In this document: piece by piece, positions 1-10,402 of the stretch
Layout of the letters: the number at the start of each line of letters is the position of its first letter
How positions within the stretch are numbered: position 1 is the first letter of the stretch
From: a virus
Taxonomy: Duplodnaviria; Caudoviricetes
Reading direction: 5' to 3' (one strand)
DNA: 26,213 bases
IMG/VR virus record: IMGVR_UViG_3300022670_000572
Span: 1 to 26,213 of that record
Notes under the pieces: model-generated
Told to the model about the DNA's origin: nothing
The model's database searches: none
What the model saw: only the letters and a program-made list of their open reading frames with translations
Made by a program: the position numbers and the translations under genes

Positions 1-61
1 GTTTTGTCGTCTTTGAATTTTAAAGGATCTGCCAGAAACCAACCAAACAAAAAAGGAAGAT

Positions 62-457
62 ATGAAATTATCTGAGTATTTAGCACAAAACCCAGAGGCA
101 AAAGTTGATTTTAACAACCTTATTGCTGACGCTCGAAAAGAAGGTGCCGAAGAAAAAATGACAGAACTTAGAGCACTTTCCGCAGAAGTAAAACCGATTA
201 TTTCCAGCGACAACTACAAAAAAAGAATTAAAACGGCTGGCTTTGAAGTCCTGACAGGCGAACGCACAAAACAAAGTTTTCTCGACATGGTGGCCGTAGT
301 TGACGAAGACATCGAAGCCAATAAGTCAGACAAAATCAAAGGTGACCAAGCCGACGCAACACCAGCCGAAGACCAAGACATCGACAACGGCGAAACATTA
401 AAATCACCAAAAGTTCAAGCATCTATCACCGATTTGAAAAAAAATCTTAACGTTTAA
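62..457 (+). CDS. Putative capsid scaffolding protein
   Basis: Charged helical protein directly upstream of the decoration and capsid genes; AAGGAAG before the ATG; function inferred from synteny. Confidence 0.55.
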   Translation: MKLSEYLAQNPEAKVDFNNLIADARKEGAEEKMTELRALSAEVKPIISSDNYKKRIKTAGFEVLTGERTKQSFLDMVAVVDEDIEANKSDKIKGDQADATPAEDQDIDNGETLKSPKVQASITDLKKNLNV

Positions 458-466
458 GAGGGAAAA

Positions 467-1279
467 ATGGCGACATTAGAAAGCAGATTGACAGTCAACA
501 CCAGAGGCCATGACCTCGGAGGCGACGGAAAATTCAAAGACGACAAAACAGTTTTGCAGGATGCAGGCCGATCAACTGACCTGTTGTTTTTAACTGTTAT
601 GGCAGAAAAACAAAGTGATGGAAAATTAATTCCATTGACGGACATTAACCCCGCACTGACAAGCGCAAGTTTGCTTTGTGGATCAAGTGGGGCGGTTACA
701 GTATACCAATTTGCGGACGCTGAGTTTGCGATTACGATTGACGGTACTTTGACAAATATCCAAGTCGATATGACTGCAATTGTAGCAATAACAGACGTTG
801 CAAACGCAATTAATACAGTCTCGATTCCTCTTGGTGTTATTTGCTCCTACAATGAAGAAACTAACGCATTTACCTTTACTAGTCTTAAAAAAGGTTTACC
901 GGCCTCAACAATTACATTCTTAACAGCTGTAGTTGCTGGCGCAGGGACAGACATTTCAGGCGCAAGTGAATTAAACGGCCTTTCTGGAACAGGAGTGGTG
1001 ACAGCCGCAACCGGTGAAGTAACCGCAAGCCTTGTTGCTGGCCTCTTCGTAAGCGATGATGTAGCAAGCGCTGATATTGTAGCCGGAGACATAACAAACC
1101 AATCTTTACTTGTCGGGTCTGACAAAATGATTGATGAAGATCAAATTGTTCTCGAAAACAGCTTAACTCTAGCCTCTATAATCGTGGCTACGGGTAAAAC
1201 AATCAGACAGAGCCTGCAGGACATAGGTATTTATCCTACCAAGGCAAAGAATGATCAACAAATCGCACCAATAACTTAG
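467..1279 (+). CDS. Head decoration protein with an internal inserted domain
   Basis: Lies just before the major capsid gene; SD GAGGG; N- and C-terminal parts resemble decoration proteins, central part is Thr/Ala/Gly-rich. Confidence 0.65.
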   Translation: MATLESRLTVNTRGHDLGGDGKFKDDKTVLQDAGRSTDLLFLTVMAEKQSDGKLIPLTDINPALTSASLLCGSSGAVTVYQFADAEFAITIDGTLTNIQVDMTAIVAITDVANAINTVSIPLGVICSYNEETNAFTFTSLKKGLPASTITFLTAVVAGAGTDISGASELNGLSGTGVVTAATGEVTASLVAGLFVSDDVASADIVAGDITNQSLLVGSDKMIDEDQIVLENSLTLASIIVATGKTIRQSLQDIGIYPTKAKNDQQIAPIT

Positions 1280-1290
1280 GAGCTAAAAAG

Positions 1291-2517
1291 ATGGCAGCAC
1301 CACAAACAGTCAATAGACTAACAGCGTTCATGGCTGAACTTTTTAGCGACATGGACAAGATCAAGGTTTCAACCGGTTTTATGTCATTATGGGGTAAATC
1401 CGAAAACGGAAGTATTACCGAACGAGTTGATGACAGTCTGGAATTTACCATGGATATTATTCGCGGTAAGAAAAAGATTTCAGATATTAACCCTCGTTCA
1501 CTTATTTCTGGAGAAACAAACATTGGTTCAAATCTGAAAACACGAACTGGTGAAGTGTTCCAGAACGTGTCCAGGCTTTTTCCTTTGATTATAGAACGCG
1601 CAGGCGTCGAATACAGCGATACTTTCAAACGTTTAGCTGGCCAGCTTGCAGTTACAAAAATTTCAGGTTCAGAGATGACAGCCTTTGAGAAAGCAAGTTT
1701 TAAACTTGCCATGGGTGTCAAGGAAAACATGAAAAATATTGCTGGGAGAATGGAACTTGTAGCAAGCGAGGCCGCACGAACTGGAATTATAACACTTTCA
1801 GATGGAAGCACTTATAATTTCGATAGATCAAGCTCAAACACAATTGTACCCGCAATTCTTTGGAGTGTTGTAGCTACAGCCGTGCCAATTGCAAATCTTG
1901 AGGCCCTTTATGATGAAGTAAAGAGAAACGGTAAATCAACCCCAAGTGCATGTATTATGGGTGCAGATGCTTTTTCAGCTTTCATCAAAACTGATGAGAT
2001 CACAAGTTCAGCAGACAACAGGGATATCACATTTGTAAGGGCTGGTGATACAATCATGCAAGGGCTCCCAGGCCTTCCTCCTTCAATGTCAGATTTTGAA
2101 GCCAACGGTTTTATTTATCAGGCATTTGTGAGAACTCCAAAAGGAAGGAGAATTTTTATCTTTGTTTATGATGAAGAATTCCAAAACGCAGCCGATACGT
2201 GGGTTGAATTTATGCCTTTAAATGATGTCTTGTTACTTGATCCAACTGCAAGACTTGACCGCTTTTTTGGCCCTCGAATCCGTTTTGATATCGACACACC
2301 CGACAAAATGATGATTGAAAGGGTTTTCGGTGTTCAAAATATGATTGCGAACATGCCAGAGACACCCGGAACCGGTGTTCTGGAATCATGGATGTTTCAC
2401 CACGACACTTTCATAAATACAAACATGACAAGTGTTGGAATCGAAACCTATACAGGGCCAATTTACGCACCGACTCAGGTCGATGCAATGGGCCTGCTTG
2501 ATGGAGTTGTAGCATAA
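1291..2517 (+). CDS. Major capsid protein (lambda gpE-like family)
   Basis: 408 aa; SD AGGAG; gpE-like features (RMELVASEAARTG, YNFDR, W, 'IMGADAFSAF', YDEEF, C-terminal GPIYAP). Confidence 0.88.
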   Translation: MAAPQTVNRLTAFMAELFSDMDKIKVSTGFMSLWGKSENGSITERVDDSLEFTMDIIRGKKKISDINPRSLISGETNIGSNLKTRTGEVFQNVSRLFPLIIERAGVEYSDTFKRLAGQLAVTKISGSEMTAFEKASFKLAMGVKENMKNIAGRMELVASEAARTGIITLSDGSTYNFDRSSSNTIVPAILWSVVATAVPIANLEALYDEVKRNGKSTPSACIMGADAFSAFIKTDEITSSADNRDITFVRAGDTIMQGLPGLPPSMSDFEANGFIYQAFVRTPKGRRIFIFVYDEEFQNAADTWVEFMPLNDVLLLDPTARLDRFFGPRIRFDIDTPDKMMIERVFGVQNMIANMPETPGTGVLESWMFHHDTFINTNMTSVGIETYTGPIYAPTQVDAMGLLDGVVA

Positions 2518-2909
2518 TGGCTGACAAAAAAAACCAAGAGCCAATTTTCTGGGCTGATACAAAAAGCACTTTTGGAAGCGGTGTAAAATTCGGCGACGAA
2601 GTAAAAGACCTCGACGATGTTCGCCGCGAAAAATGGCTTGAATCAGGCAGGGTCAAACTGAAAAGGCCCGAAAGCGTTGAGCATGTCAAAGAGGATGACA
2701 TGAACAAACTTAGGCAATTACTCGCTGTAAAAGATGAGATAATTGAAGGTCTTGATCATGAATTAAAAGGGATGCCGAAAACCACAAAAGAAGCACAAAA
2801 AAAGGTTACGGTTGCCAACGAAAAACTCAGGGAAGCCATGGATAAAATAGAAGATCTTGAAAAACAAGTCGAAGAACTTACCAAACCAGACGGCAAAGGC
2901 GGTAAATAA
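2517..2909 (+). CDS. Hypothetical coiled-coil protein (head module)
   Basis: TAATG overlap with the capsid stop; heptad-like C-terminal half. Confidence 0.75.
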   Translation: MADKKNQEPIFWADTKSTFGSGVKFGDEVKDLDDVRREKWLESGRVKLKRPESVEHVKEDDMNKLRQLLAVKDEIIEGLDHELKGMPKTTKEAQKKVTVANEKLREAMDKIEDLEKQVEELTKPDGKGGK

Positions 2910-3172
2910 TGACCACTAAAAAAGATCACCGTGAATTAAAACCAGTCAAAGGGAATCAAGGGCTCACAGTCTCATTCGGCGGAAAGAATTTGGTATCAAG
3001 TCGATTCAGGGAAATAAAGGATAAAAAAGGCAAAGTCATAAAAAAGGAAATTTCCGAATCAAAGACTCGCTTTGTTCCTGACGCCGTGATTAAAAGCTTG
3101 AATTTACCGGAATATCTTTTCGTCGGTGGACCTGAGAAAAATGCAGGTAAAAAAGAGACTGCTAATAAATGA
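2909..3172 (+). CDS. Hypothetical basic protein
   Basis: TAATG and ATGA overlaps with both neighbours; Lys-rich. Confidence 0.7.
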   Translation: MTTKKDHRELKPVKGNQGLTVSFGGKNLVSSRFREIKDKKGKVIKKEISESKTRFVPDAVIKSLNLPEYLFVGGPEKNAGKKETANK

Positions 3173-3567
3173 GTTTCGATATAAGGAAACACATTGCAAC
3201 CGATGGATTAAAACTCATGGTTGAGAAAAACTTTAGTAGTTTAGTTGAATTGGTAGCCCCTGACGGAACTATTATTAATACCAATGAAGATGGCGACCCT
3301 TTACGCGGCGAGGTTCTTTATGACCGTGACGCAATCGACCCGGAAACAGGCGATTTAATCACAGTCAGTACAACAAAAATAACTTTAAGAAAATCAGCAC
3401 TTTCAAGGGTTCCGGTAGCTGGCGAAAAATGGGGAATAAAATTTCCTATTAATCCAGCGACACCAACGGTTTTATCAACTTTTAAAATTGGTACAGGAAA
3501 AGCGCCAACGGACGGGCAAAGTATAGGTTTTATTAGTTTATTTCCTGGGGAACTTGATCAATCATGA
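3169..3567 (+). CDS. Putative head-tail joining (head closure) protein
   Basis: 132 aa, beta-rich, between head and tail genes; ATGA overlaps; function by synteny. Confidence 0.55.
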   Translation: MSFDIRKHIATDGLKLMVEKNFSSLVELVAPDGTIINTNEDGDPLRGEVLYDRDAIDPETGDLITVSTTKITLRKSALSRVPVAGEKWGIKFPINPATPTVLSTFKIGTGKAPTDGQSIGFISLFPGELDQS

Positions 3568-4226
3568 GTGGAATCGACAACAACATGGTATTTGAGGATT
3601 TGAGGGATGCACTTATTCTCTTAATCCAAACTGAAGCCGGTACTCGTTTCCGCGTAATTGGTAGCCAGAAACAGAGCTTTGACGCAGATGAAATAAAAGA
3701 TACATTAAGAACTCTTCAGGTTTTTTTTAGTACTGGTGATTATCCAAGTTCAGGAAGGCAAATATTTCAACATGACGTAACTTTTCAATTATTCTTGAGT
3801 GTTTCAAGTGCTTCATCTGGAGACAAAGCGACAATTGGTGACGACACAGCCACACCAGCGGCAAGGCAAGCTGCACTATTAGCAGTTCAAGAAGCTGAAA
3901 ACCTTGTTGATAATTCGATGGATGAATTATGGCGCATGATCACCCAAATATTAAAAGATCCTGTAAACATTGATTTCGGGCTAACTTCTTTTACAGTATC
4001 AAGCCCAGAATTAGCAGCATTTAGAAAAAATCAAGTCCTTGACAAAGGCACACTAACAACACTTACAGCATCGGCCACATGGTCAGCAACAATCGACGAA
4101 ACGACACCAGGCGCAACAGGAGTTGCAGGAGTACAACCAGTAATTGACGCGACAATAGACGAACAACCGTTAGTAGGTGACGAAATTCTTGACAATCCAA
4201 AAGTAGGAATGGAAACAGACCAATAA
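3564..4226 (+). CDS. Putative tail terminator/completion protein
   Basis: Immediately upstream of the sheath gene; helix/strand pattern typical of tail terminators; synteny. Confidence 0.55.
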   Translation: MSGIDNNMVFEDLRDALILLIQTEAGTRFRVIGSQKQSFDADEIKDTLRTLQVFFSTGDYPSSGRQIFQHDVTFQLFLSVSSASSGDKATIGDDTATPAARQAALLAVQEAENLVDNSMDELWRMITQILKDPVNIDFGLTSFTVSSPELAAFRKNQVLDKGTLTTLTASATWSATIDETTPGATGVAGVQPVIDATIDEQPLVGDEILDNPKVGMETDQ

Positions 4227-4237
4227 TAAGGAAAATT

Positions 4238-5779
4238 ATGGCAATCAATAGCACGACAGAAGCGCACGCACTCGGCATAGGAAACAACAACGTACAATTC
4301 GGGATATCGCCGCTAAATGTACCCGCAAAAGTTGTGATTGCGGCCACTTATGATCCTCTGATCTTAACAGTTGTCGACGAGGTTCCAATTGAGGTATTTA
4401 GCGCAGAAGATGCAGGCGACAGATTTGGGTTTGGGTTCCCACTTCATAGGCTTATTAAAAAAGTATTTGAGGGAAATAACGGCATAGGTCGCGTTTTTGC
4501 GCTTCCTCAAACTGAAACCGGCACAGAATCCGACGGTGATATCCTATGGTCTGGAACATCAACCGCCGCCGGTGTAGTTGCTCTCAGAATTGGGAACGAA
4601 CTCACAAATATTGATATACCAAGCGGAACGGCAATTGAAGCATTAAGCGATTTAGTTGTAGCTGCTGTAAATGCTCTGACTGATACGCCCGTTGTGGCCG
4701 CAAAAACAGCGGTTACATTTGAAACGACTTTTACATCCAAAGCGAAAGGACTTGAACAAGATAATATCACAATCACACTGTCAGCCGTAGAAGGTGAAGA
4801 ATTACCCGCAGGAATAACCGCTGTTATCACACCAATGGCAAACGGTGCCGGAACTCCTGATATCGACGACGCTTTAAACGGGCTCGGAACTGATGATGAA
4901 GCAAATCAATTGCAATTCACAAACTTTTCTCATGGTTACGGACTTGACACCGCAACGATTGATAAAGTCGGTGCTTATGTTGGGCTCGGTAACACATTCA
5001 CCGGTCTTTATAAAAAAACAATACCAGTTGCATTTACATCTCTGAATGCCGACACCGACCCAGGAACAGCAGCACTGACAGCCCTACAAGTAATCACTGG
5101 AACAAGGTTACTGGACAGAGCAAACGGTATTTTTGGCGCACCAGATGAAGACGATATACCCACAGAAATCGCGGCACTTGTTACAGGCTTTGTGTCAGCT
5201 GTTCAACAAGAAAACCCCGGTCAACATTATTCAGATATAATTCTTACAGGTGTGGGTGGTCGCTCAATATCAGCAAACAGATGGACTAAAAACCTTGATA
5301 CAAGAGATGTAGCCGTAAAAACTGGAATTTCTCCCAGCATTGTAAAATCAGGTGTTCAGCTCAATATTCAAAATGTCCAAACTTTTTACAGACCAGCAAA
5401 CGTGCCAACGAGTTCAAACGGTTATAAATCGTTCAGGTCAATTGCCTTGTTGAATAACATAAAAGTGAAAATGCGTCAGGTTTTTGAAACACAAAAATGG
5501 CAAGGAATTAACATTGTTGCCGATGCTTCAAAAGTAACCGACCCAGCGGGAAAACTAACAGCAAAAGACGTGCTTGCAGTTCAGACAGAATTGAACAACT
5601 TATCTGATTTTTTCGAGGGCAAAGGATGGATTTTTGACGCAGCTTTTCCAAAAGCAAACTCAACAGTTGTGATTCGTGCAGCAAGTAACGGATTTGACGT
5701 AAATTACAAATTCAAACTTTCAGGCGAAGGTCAAGTCATAAACATCACTCAAAGTTTTGATACTAACATAGCATCATAA
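4238..5779 (+). CDS. Contractile tail sheath protein (Mu gpL-like)
   Basis: 513 aa; 'AEDAGDRFGFGFPLH', 'TSKAKG', 'MANGAGTPDI' sheath-like motifs; followed by the tube gene. Confidence 0.9.
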   Translation: MAINSTTEAHALGIGNNNVQFGISPLNVPAKVVIAATYDPLILTVVDEVPIEVFSAEDAGDRFGFGFPLHRLIKKVFEGNNGIGRVFALPQTETGTESDGDILWSGTSTAAGVVALRIGNELTNIDIPSGTAIEALSDLVVAAVNALTDTPVVAAKTAVTFETTFTSKAKGLEQDNITITLSAVEGEELPAGITAVITPMANGAGTPDIDDALNGLGTDDEANQLQFTNFSHGYGLDTATIDKVGAYVGLGNTFTGLYKKTIPVAFTSLNADTDPGTAALTALQVITGTRLLDRANGIFGAPDEDDIPTEIAALVTGFVSAVQQENPGQHYSDIILTGVGGRSISANRWTKNLDTRDVAVKTGISPSIVKSGVQLNIQNVQTFYRPANVPTSSNGYKSFRSIALLNNIKVKMRQVFETQKWQGINIVADASKVTDPAGKLTAKDVLAVQTELNNLSDFFEGKGWIFDAAFPKANSTVVIRAASNGFDVNYKFKLSGEGQVINITQSFDTNIAS

Positions 5780-5813
5780 TTGAAAAACACACCACACCCG
5801 ACGAGGTAAAATC

Positions 5814-6185
5814 ATGGCACAATCAGGAACACTCAGATCCCTAAAAATAGATGGGGAAAATTTTGACGTGACATCAGACGCAGATTTTGACCGATTGCCA
5901 GCACAAACAACAGAAATGATTTCCACAACTGGAAAATCAATGCCAATGGTGACAAGACAAAATCCGGATGTCACGGGCGTTGATATAACAGTTGATGGAA
6001 CTCAAAGATCAAGATTGCTTGAAATTGCAAGCGGTACAGACGATGTTGATTTAGCATACACCACGGCCAACGGTGATAGTTACACCGCATCAGGTCGAAT
6101 TAATATTGCATCAGATGGAACAAAAGAAGCAAAATTAACAGTGGACATGATGCCTGTAAATGATTGGACAGAAATTCTAGTATAA
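5814..6185 (+). CDS. Tail tube protein
   Basis: 123 aa, beta-rich, directly after the sheath; SD GAGG. Confidence 0.8.
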   Translation: MAQSGTLRSLKIDGENFDVTSDADFDRLPAQTTEMISTTGKSMPMVTRQNPDVTGVDITVDGTQRSRLLEIASGTDDVDLAYTTANGDSYTASGRINIASDGTKEAKLTVDMMPVNDWTEILV

Positions 6186-6209
6186 TAATTTAATCAGGGA
6201 GAAAAATAA

Positions 6210-6680
6210 ATGTCGAGAAAAAAATCAAAGTTTGCATTACCAGTAGTTGAGAATAAAATATCTGAAGAAAACGCAAAAAAACAAGTTATGTTATTGCTTA
6301 TCAGATATAACATTGATATTGAAGAAAAAGAAGGCAAAGAGAAAAAAGCGACTGAAGAAACTGTACAAAGGTTGCTTAAGGACATTATGGCGGGCAGGAT
6401 TGAAATATTTGAAGAAGAGGGGAAAGTTAAAGTCAAGCAATTCATTCAAAATAGATCAGCTAAAGCAGGAAAAGAAGGCAACCGCACAGAACTTCTTTTT
6501 GACCAGATGACAGCAGCAGACCACGAAGCCATGCCAGAGGGTGATGACGTTTCAAACTATACAAAAATGTTCGATTTAATGGCCTCAATGTGTGAGACAA
6601 ATATGGGCGACGTAATCATTAGAAAACTTGGCGGGAGTGATGCAAAAGTTCTGGAGAACGTAGCTGTACTTTTTTTGTAA
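6210..6680 (+). CDS. Tail assembly chaperone (G-type)
   Basis: Between tube and tape measure; SD GGGAG; ends at a T7 run (CTT TTT TTG TAA). Confidence 0.8.
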   Translation: MSRKKSKFALPVVENKISEENAKKQVMLLLIRYNIDIEEKEGKEKKATEETVQRLLKDIMAGRIEIFEEEGKVKVKQFIQNRSAKAGKEGNRTELLFDQMTAADHEAMPEGDDVSNYTKMFDLMASMCETNMGDVIIRKLGGSDAKVLENVAVLFL

Positions 6681-6865
6681 TTGATGAACCTGTTGAATTT
6701 ATGATAGACAACCTATTTATCAACAGGTACGCAACAATTACAGAATTGAATTCTATGTCAATTCCTAATCTTCACAAATGGCATAAAAAATGGGAAAGAT
6801 CTGACAACGCAGAACAACAATACAATAAAGAACAAGCGGCGAAACTTGCAGCATTAACAAGATAA
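6677..6865 (+). CDS. -1 frameshift extension of the tail assembly chaperone (GT-type)
   Basis: The -1 frame is open for 62 codons after the slippery T TTT TTG (VIDEPVEFMIDNLF...ELNSMSIPNLHKW...LAALTR*) and fills the gap up to the tape measure gene. Confidence 0.8.
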   Translation, partial: VIDEPVEFMIDNLFINRYATITELNSMSIPNLHKWHKKWERSDNAEQQYNKEQAAKLAALTR

Positions 6866-6871
6866 AAAACT

Positions 6872-8896
6872 ATGGCTGGAATATCTTTCGCTGTATCCAC
6901 AATTTTCAAATCCAAAGATGAGCAATCCAAAAACTTCAAACGCATGGGGAAGAATGCGAAGTTGTTTGGAAAACAAACCTCAAAAGCATTCAAATCAGCT
7001 TCAAAATCAGCAAAAAAATTCGGATCAATTACAAAAGGCATTCTCAAAGCGGGCGCAATCACAAAAGTAATTGGTGGATTAGCGACTGGAATAGGTGTTG
7101 TAACAACCGAATTTTTAGACTTTGATGATGCAATAACACAAGCATCAGCAAAATTTAAAGGGCTAAATCTTGCCACGAAAGAAGGTCAAGAAACACTCGA
7201 AAAATTAAAGAAAACAGCTCGTGAGGTCGGGAAAACAACTAAATTCTCAGCATCAGAAGCCGCAGCAGGTTTGAATTTTTATGCTACAGCTGGTCTAAAA
7301 GCAGATGCAGCAATGAAATTACTTGCACCCACGGCACGATTTGCAATGGCTGCAAACTTAGGCCTTGCCCGTACAGCTGATATTGCTTCTGATTCACTTG
7401 GTATTTTCGGACTTAACACAAAAGATCCTATAAAACTGGGTCAAAATTTTGCTAAAATGTCTGACCAGATGGCGAGTACAATGACATCATCAAATTTGAC
7501 CCTTGAAGAATTATTTGAAACTACTAAAGTGGCGGGGAAAATATTTAAGGAATCAGGCCAAAGCATGGCAACTTTCAACGCTTTCACGAGATCTTTGACA
7601 GACTCGTCAATAAAAGGTGAAAAAGCAGGAACTGGATTAAGGGCGTTCATGGCTAAACTCGCAAAACCTACAGGGGAAGCAGCTGACGCTCTTGAGATAC
7701 TTGGGGTCAAAACGGACGATGGAACAGGAAATTTTAGGGACGCAATTGACATCCTAGCAGATTTTGAAAAAGGAATGGCTAGATTTGGGGATAAGCAGAA
7801 ACTTGCGCTCACAAAAACAGTTTTTGGACTGGAAACAATGACTGCTTTTACTGCATTGATTGGTACTGGATCTAAAAATTTAAGAGAATTTAGAGAACAA
7901 ATTGAAAATTCAGGAGGATCAACTGAAAAGATGGCCAAAATTATGGAAGGATCACTAATAAACCGTTTATTGGGTCTTAAATCAGCGGCCATTGATGTAG
8001 GGTTTCAATTATTCGAAGCATTTTCAGAAAAAGGAGCCGGTGCAATCACGAAACTAACAGAAATCATCAGAAAAATAGATTTAGGTCCATTCATTGAAAA
8101 GATAAAATCAGTCTCAAAAATTGCTATTGGTATGTTTAATAAATTTACAGCATTCGGAAAGAAAACAGGGATTTTCGAGGCAATCACAAAATCAATTAAT
8201 GATGCAAAACCTTTGTTAAAAGATGTTTTTGAATTTGGTAAAGATATATTTAATAAATTTGTTGATATTGCTGAAAAGGCTGGACTCTTTGATAAAATAA
8301 AAACGGCTATAAATGGAGTAATGCCACTTTTCAAAACTCTTTTTGATGTAGTGAAAACAGTATTTAATTTGCTTAATGATGTTGGTGTGTTTGATGCCTT
8401 GGGTGTTGCCGCTGGGATTATATTAGATACTGTTACAGGTCTTGCAAAGGCAGTAACAAGCACATGGAACACGTTAAAACCTTTACTTGAAGAAACATCT
8501 AAGTTTTTCAAGAGCGTAAGCGGAGAAAAAAAGGCAATCGGTCCAATCCCTGAACTAATAAAAAAGCCTTCCGATGTTTTAAGTGGAGAAAAAACAACTT
8601 TATTCCTGATTTCAAAATTGCTCCCCCTGATTACTACATTAATAAAAACAAGGGCAAGCGGAGGAAATGCGGGTGGTAGTTTATTTGGTGCTGGATCATT
8701 AACACCTGAAGAAATCGCAGCGAGTAAAAGAAAATTGAACAGGGGAGCAAACCAAACACAACTTGAATCAAGAGCAACACAAGTTGATATCAGTGGGAAT
8801 ATTAATTTTCAAAACGCTCCAGAAGGTACAACATTCACACCGACCAGCGCACCAGCTCAGAATATTGATTTTAATGAACTTGGAACGGCCAATTAA
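6872..8896 (+). CDS. Tail tape measure protein (TP901-family core)
   Basis: 674 aa, Ala/Gly/Lys-rich helical; 'TTKFSASEAAAG' and 'IKGEKAGTGLR' motifs; repeated aromatic spacing in the C-terminal half. Confidence 0.93.
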   Translation: MAGISFAVSTIFKSKDEQSKNFKRMGKNAKLFGKQTSKAFKSASKSAKKFGSITKGILKAGAITKVIGGLATGIGVVTTEFLDFDDAITQASAKFKGLNLATKEGQETLEKLKKTAREVGKTTKFSASEAAAGLNFYATAGLKADAAMKLLAPTARFAMAANLGLARTADIASDSLGIFGLNTKDPIKLGQNFAKMSDQMASTMTSSNLTLEELFETTKVAGKIFKESGQSMATFNAFTRSLTDSSIKGEKAGTGLRAFMAKLAKPTGEAADALEILGVKTDDGTGNFRDAIDILADFEKGMARFGDKQKLALTKTVFGLETMTAFTALIGTGSKNLREFREQIENSGGSTEKMAKIMEGSLINRLLGLKSAAIDVGFQLFEAFSEKGAGAITKLTEIIRKIDLGPFIEKIKSVSKIAIGMFNKFTAFGKKTGIFEAITKSINDAKPLLKDVFEFGKDIFNKFVDIAEKAGLFDKIKTAINGVMPLFKTLFDVVKTVFNLLNDVGVFDALGVAAGIILDTVTGLAKAVTSTWNTLKPLLEETSKFFKSVSGEKKAIGPIPELIKKPSDVLSGEKTTLFLISKLLPLITTLIKTRASGGNAGGSLFGAGSLTPEEIAASKRKLNRGANQTQLESRATQVDISGNINFQNAPEGTTFTPTSAPAQNIDFNELGTAN

Positions 8897-8898
8897 AT

Positions 8899-10218
8899 AT
8901 GGGACTATTCAACGAAATTCTAAGTGTTTTTACAGATCAACCGGATACATATCTTGACCGACTCAGGGAAGAAATAACTTTGATTTCCCCAAATGAGGAC
9001 GTTTTCGAAGCACTTTGGCGTGGGAACACTGTTACTCTAACCAACTCAGTTGATGTACATGAGTTCCCTGGAATTTCAGGCGCCCGTGTGATTGATCAAC
9101 GTCCAGGCGCTTTTTTATGGCCTCTAACGTTCTTTTTTCATGGCATCAACCACGATATTGAATCAACCATATTCATGAACACGCTGAGAGATCAGAAAGG
9201 AACCTGGCAGGTTGTCCACCCGGTAAGAGGTTTAAGGTTACTCACATTTATAAGCGCCATCGAAAACGTTTTGCCTGTTGCATCCGGAGGAGTCACAAGA
9301 ATAGAAACAGAATGGATTGAAGGACTTCCAGAAACACAGGAGGAACAAGACGCCGCAGCACAACAAGCGCTTGCTGACTCTGAAGCACTAGCCGCAAACG
9401 CCGTCGCATCAGATCAATTTTTCCTGACAGCTCTACAGGACACAGCCGCCCAAGCACAAGCCATGATCTCAGCAGTAGGGCAAGTCATCACAAAAATAAA
9501 AAAGGGTCTGAGCTTAGTTGAAAACGCTAATATTTTGGACCCACAAATAATCGCAATATTTACGGCTATTGACAACACCTTGAACGAACCATTAATTGAC
9601 ACAACAAAACTCGCTGGGCAAATGCAGGCAGCAATCCAACTATTCGGGTTAGGGCAAAACGACTCAAATCAAGCCATAACCATGTATAGTGATTTCGCTA
9701 ATGATGTACTGACTATTGTGCCATTGCAACCAACACTTGAAGGAATTTCGACAATTGCAGTAACTGAATTATCAGCCGCCGCCGCTGTAGTCGCAGCCGG
9801 ACAAGCCGCTTTAATTGGAGGAATAACTAGCCGTCAACAAGCTATCACAGCATTTGAAAAATTAAACCAGACTCAAGACGATGTTACAAACGGACTCGAT
9901 GAAATCCAAACACTTTATGGTGGTGAGTTCATAGACCGTCAATATTTCAGCCAGACAGAAACCTTTGGCGCAAATGTTTTAATGACCAGTTTGGCAGGAC
10001 AATTTTTATTGTTGTCTTTATTTGGACTACCTGCAGAACGCCGAATTATATTAAGAGAAGATAAATTCATTCCCCAAATCGCTCATGACGAATACGGAAG
10101 CATCAGCGACGGAATCACAGAAGACGGAAATATCAACTTACTGATTGCAAGCAATGGATTAATCGAAGATGATACCTACATGCTTGAATCAGGGCGTCAG
10201 GTGCTTATTTATCAGTGA
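8899..10218 (+). CDS. DNA circularisation protein (Mu gpN-like)
   Basis: Follows the tape measure; N-terminal 'HEFPG...DQ' and 'VVHPVRG' motifs; LysM-like C-terminus. Confidence 0.82.
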   Translation: MGLFNEILSVFTDQPDTYLDRLREEITLISPNEDVFEALWRGNTVTLTNSVDVHEFPGISGARVIDQRPGAFLWPLTFFFHGINHDIESTIFMNTLRDQKGTWQVVHPVRGLRLLTFISAIENVLPVASGGVTRIETEWIEGLPETQEEQDAAAQQALADSEALAANAVASDQFFLTALQDTAAQAQAMISAVGQVITKIKKGLSLVENANILDPQIIAIFTAIDNTLNEPLIDTTKLAGQMQAAIQLFGLGQNDSNQAITMYSDFANDVLTIVPLQPTLEGISTIAVTELSAAAAVVAAGQAALIGGITSRQQAITAFEKLNQTQDDVTNGLDEIQTLYGGEFIDRQYFSQTETFGANVLMTSLAGQFLLLSLFGLPAERRIILREDKFIPQIAHDEYGSISDGITEDGNINLLIASNGLIEDDTYMLESGRQVLIYQ

Positions 10219-10402
10219 TTTTTAAATCGTCCATCATATCAATATATACTTTTATCATTTTTTTATACTCTTCGATCATTTCTTTATATTCATCTGTCAA
10301 CTTTTTATAATTACCAGAAAGTTGTTTTTCTCCTTCATAAAGAATTTTAAGTTCTCCATATAAAACTAATATTCTGTCATATTCCTTTTTCCAATCGTCC
10401 AT
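10205..10402 (-). CDS. Hypothetical coiled-coil protein
   Basis: MDDWKKEY...ITDK; last gene of the - strand cassette; ATG at 10402 preferred over the TTG start at 10426. Confidence 0.65.
   Translation of the reverse strand: MDDWKKEYDRILVLYGELKILYEGEKQLSGNYKKLTDEYKEMIEEYKKMIKVYIDMMDDLKITDK

Noticed and set aside
1-75. Possible frameshift fusing an upstream protease frame to ORF 62-457 at the A6 run
   Set aside because: Frame 1 is open to 75, but the upstream gene is outside the window; a +1 shift would be needed and there is no other support
80-9602. Numerous antisense ORFs inside structural genes (e.g. 1236-1811, 7441-7992, 8005-8511)
   Set aside because: Shadow frames of well-supported + strand genes, with no recognisable motifs
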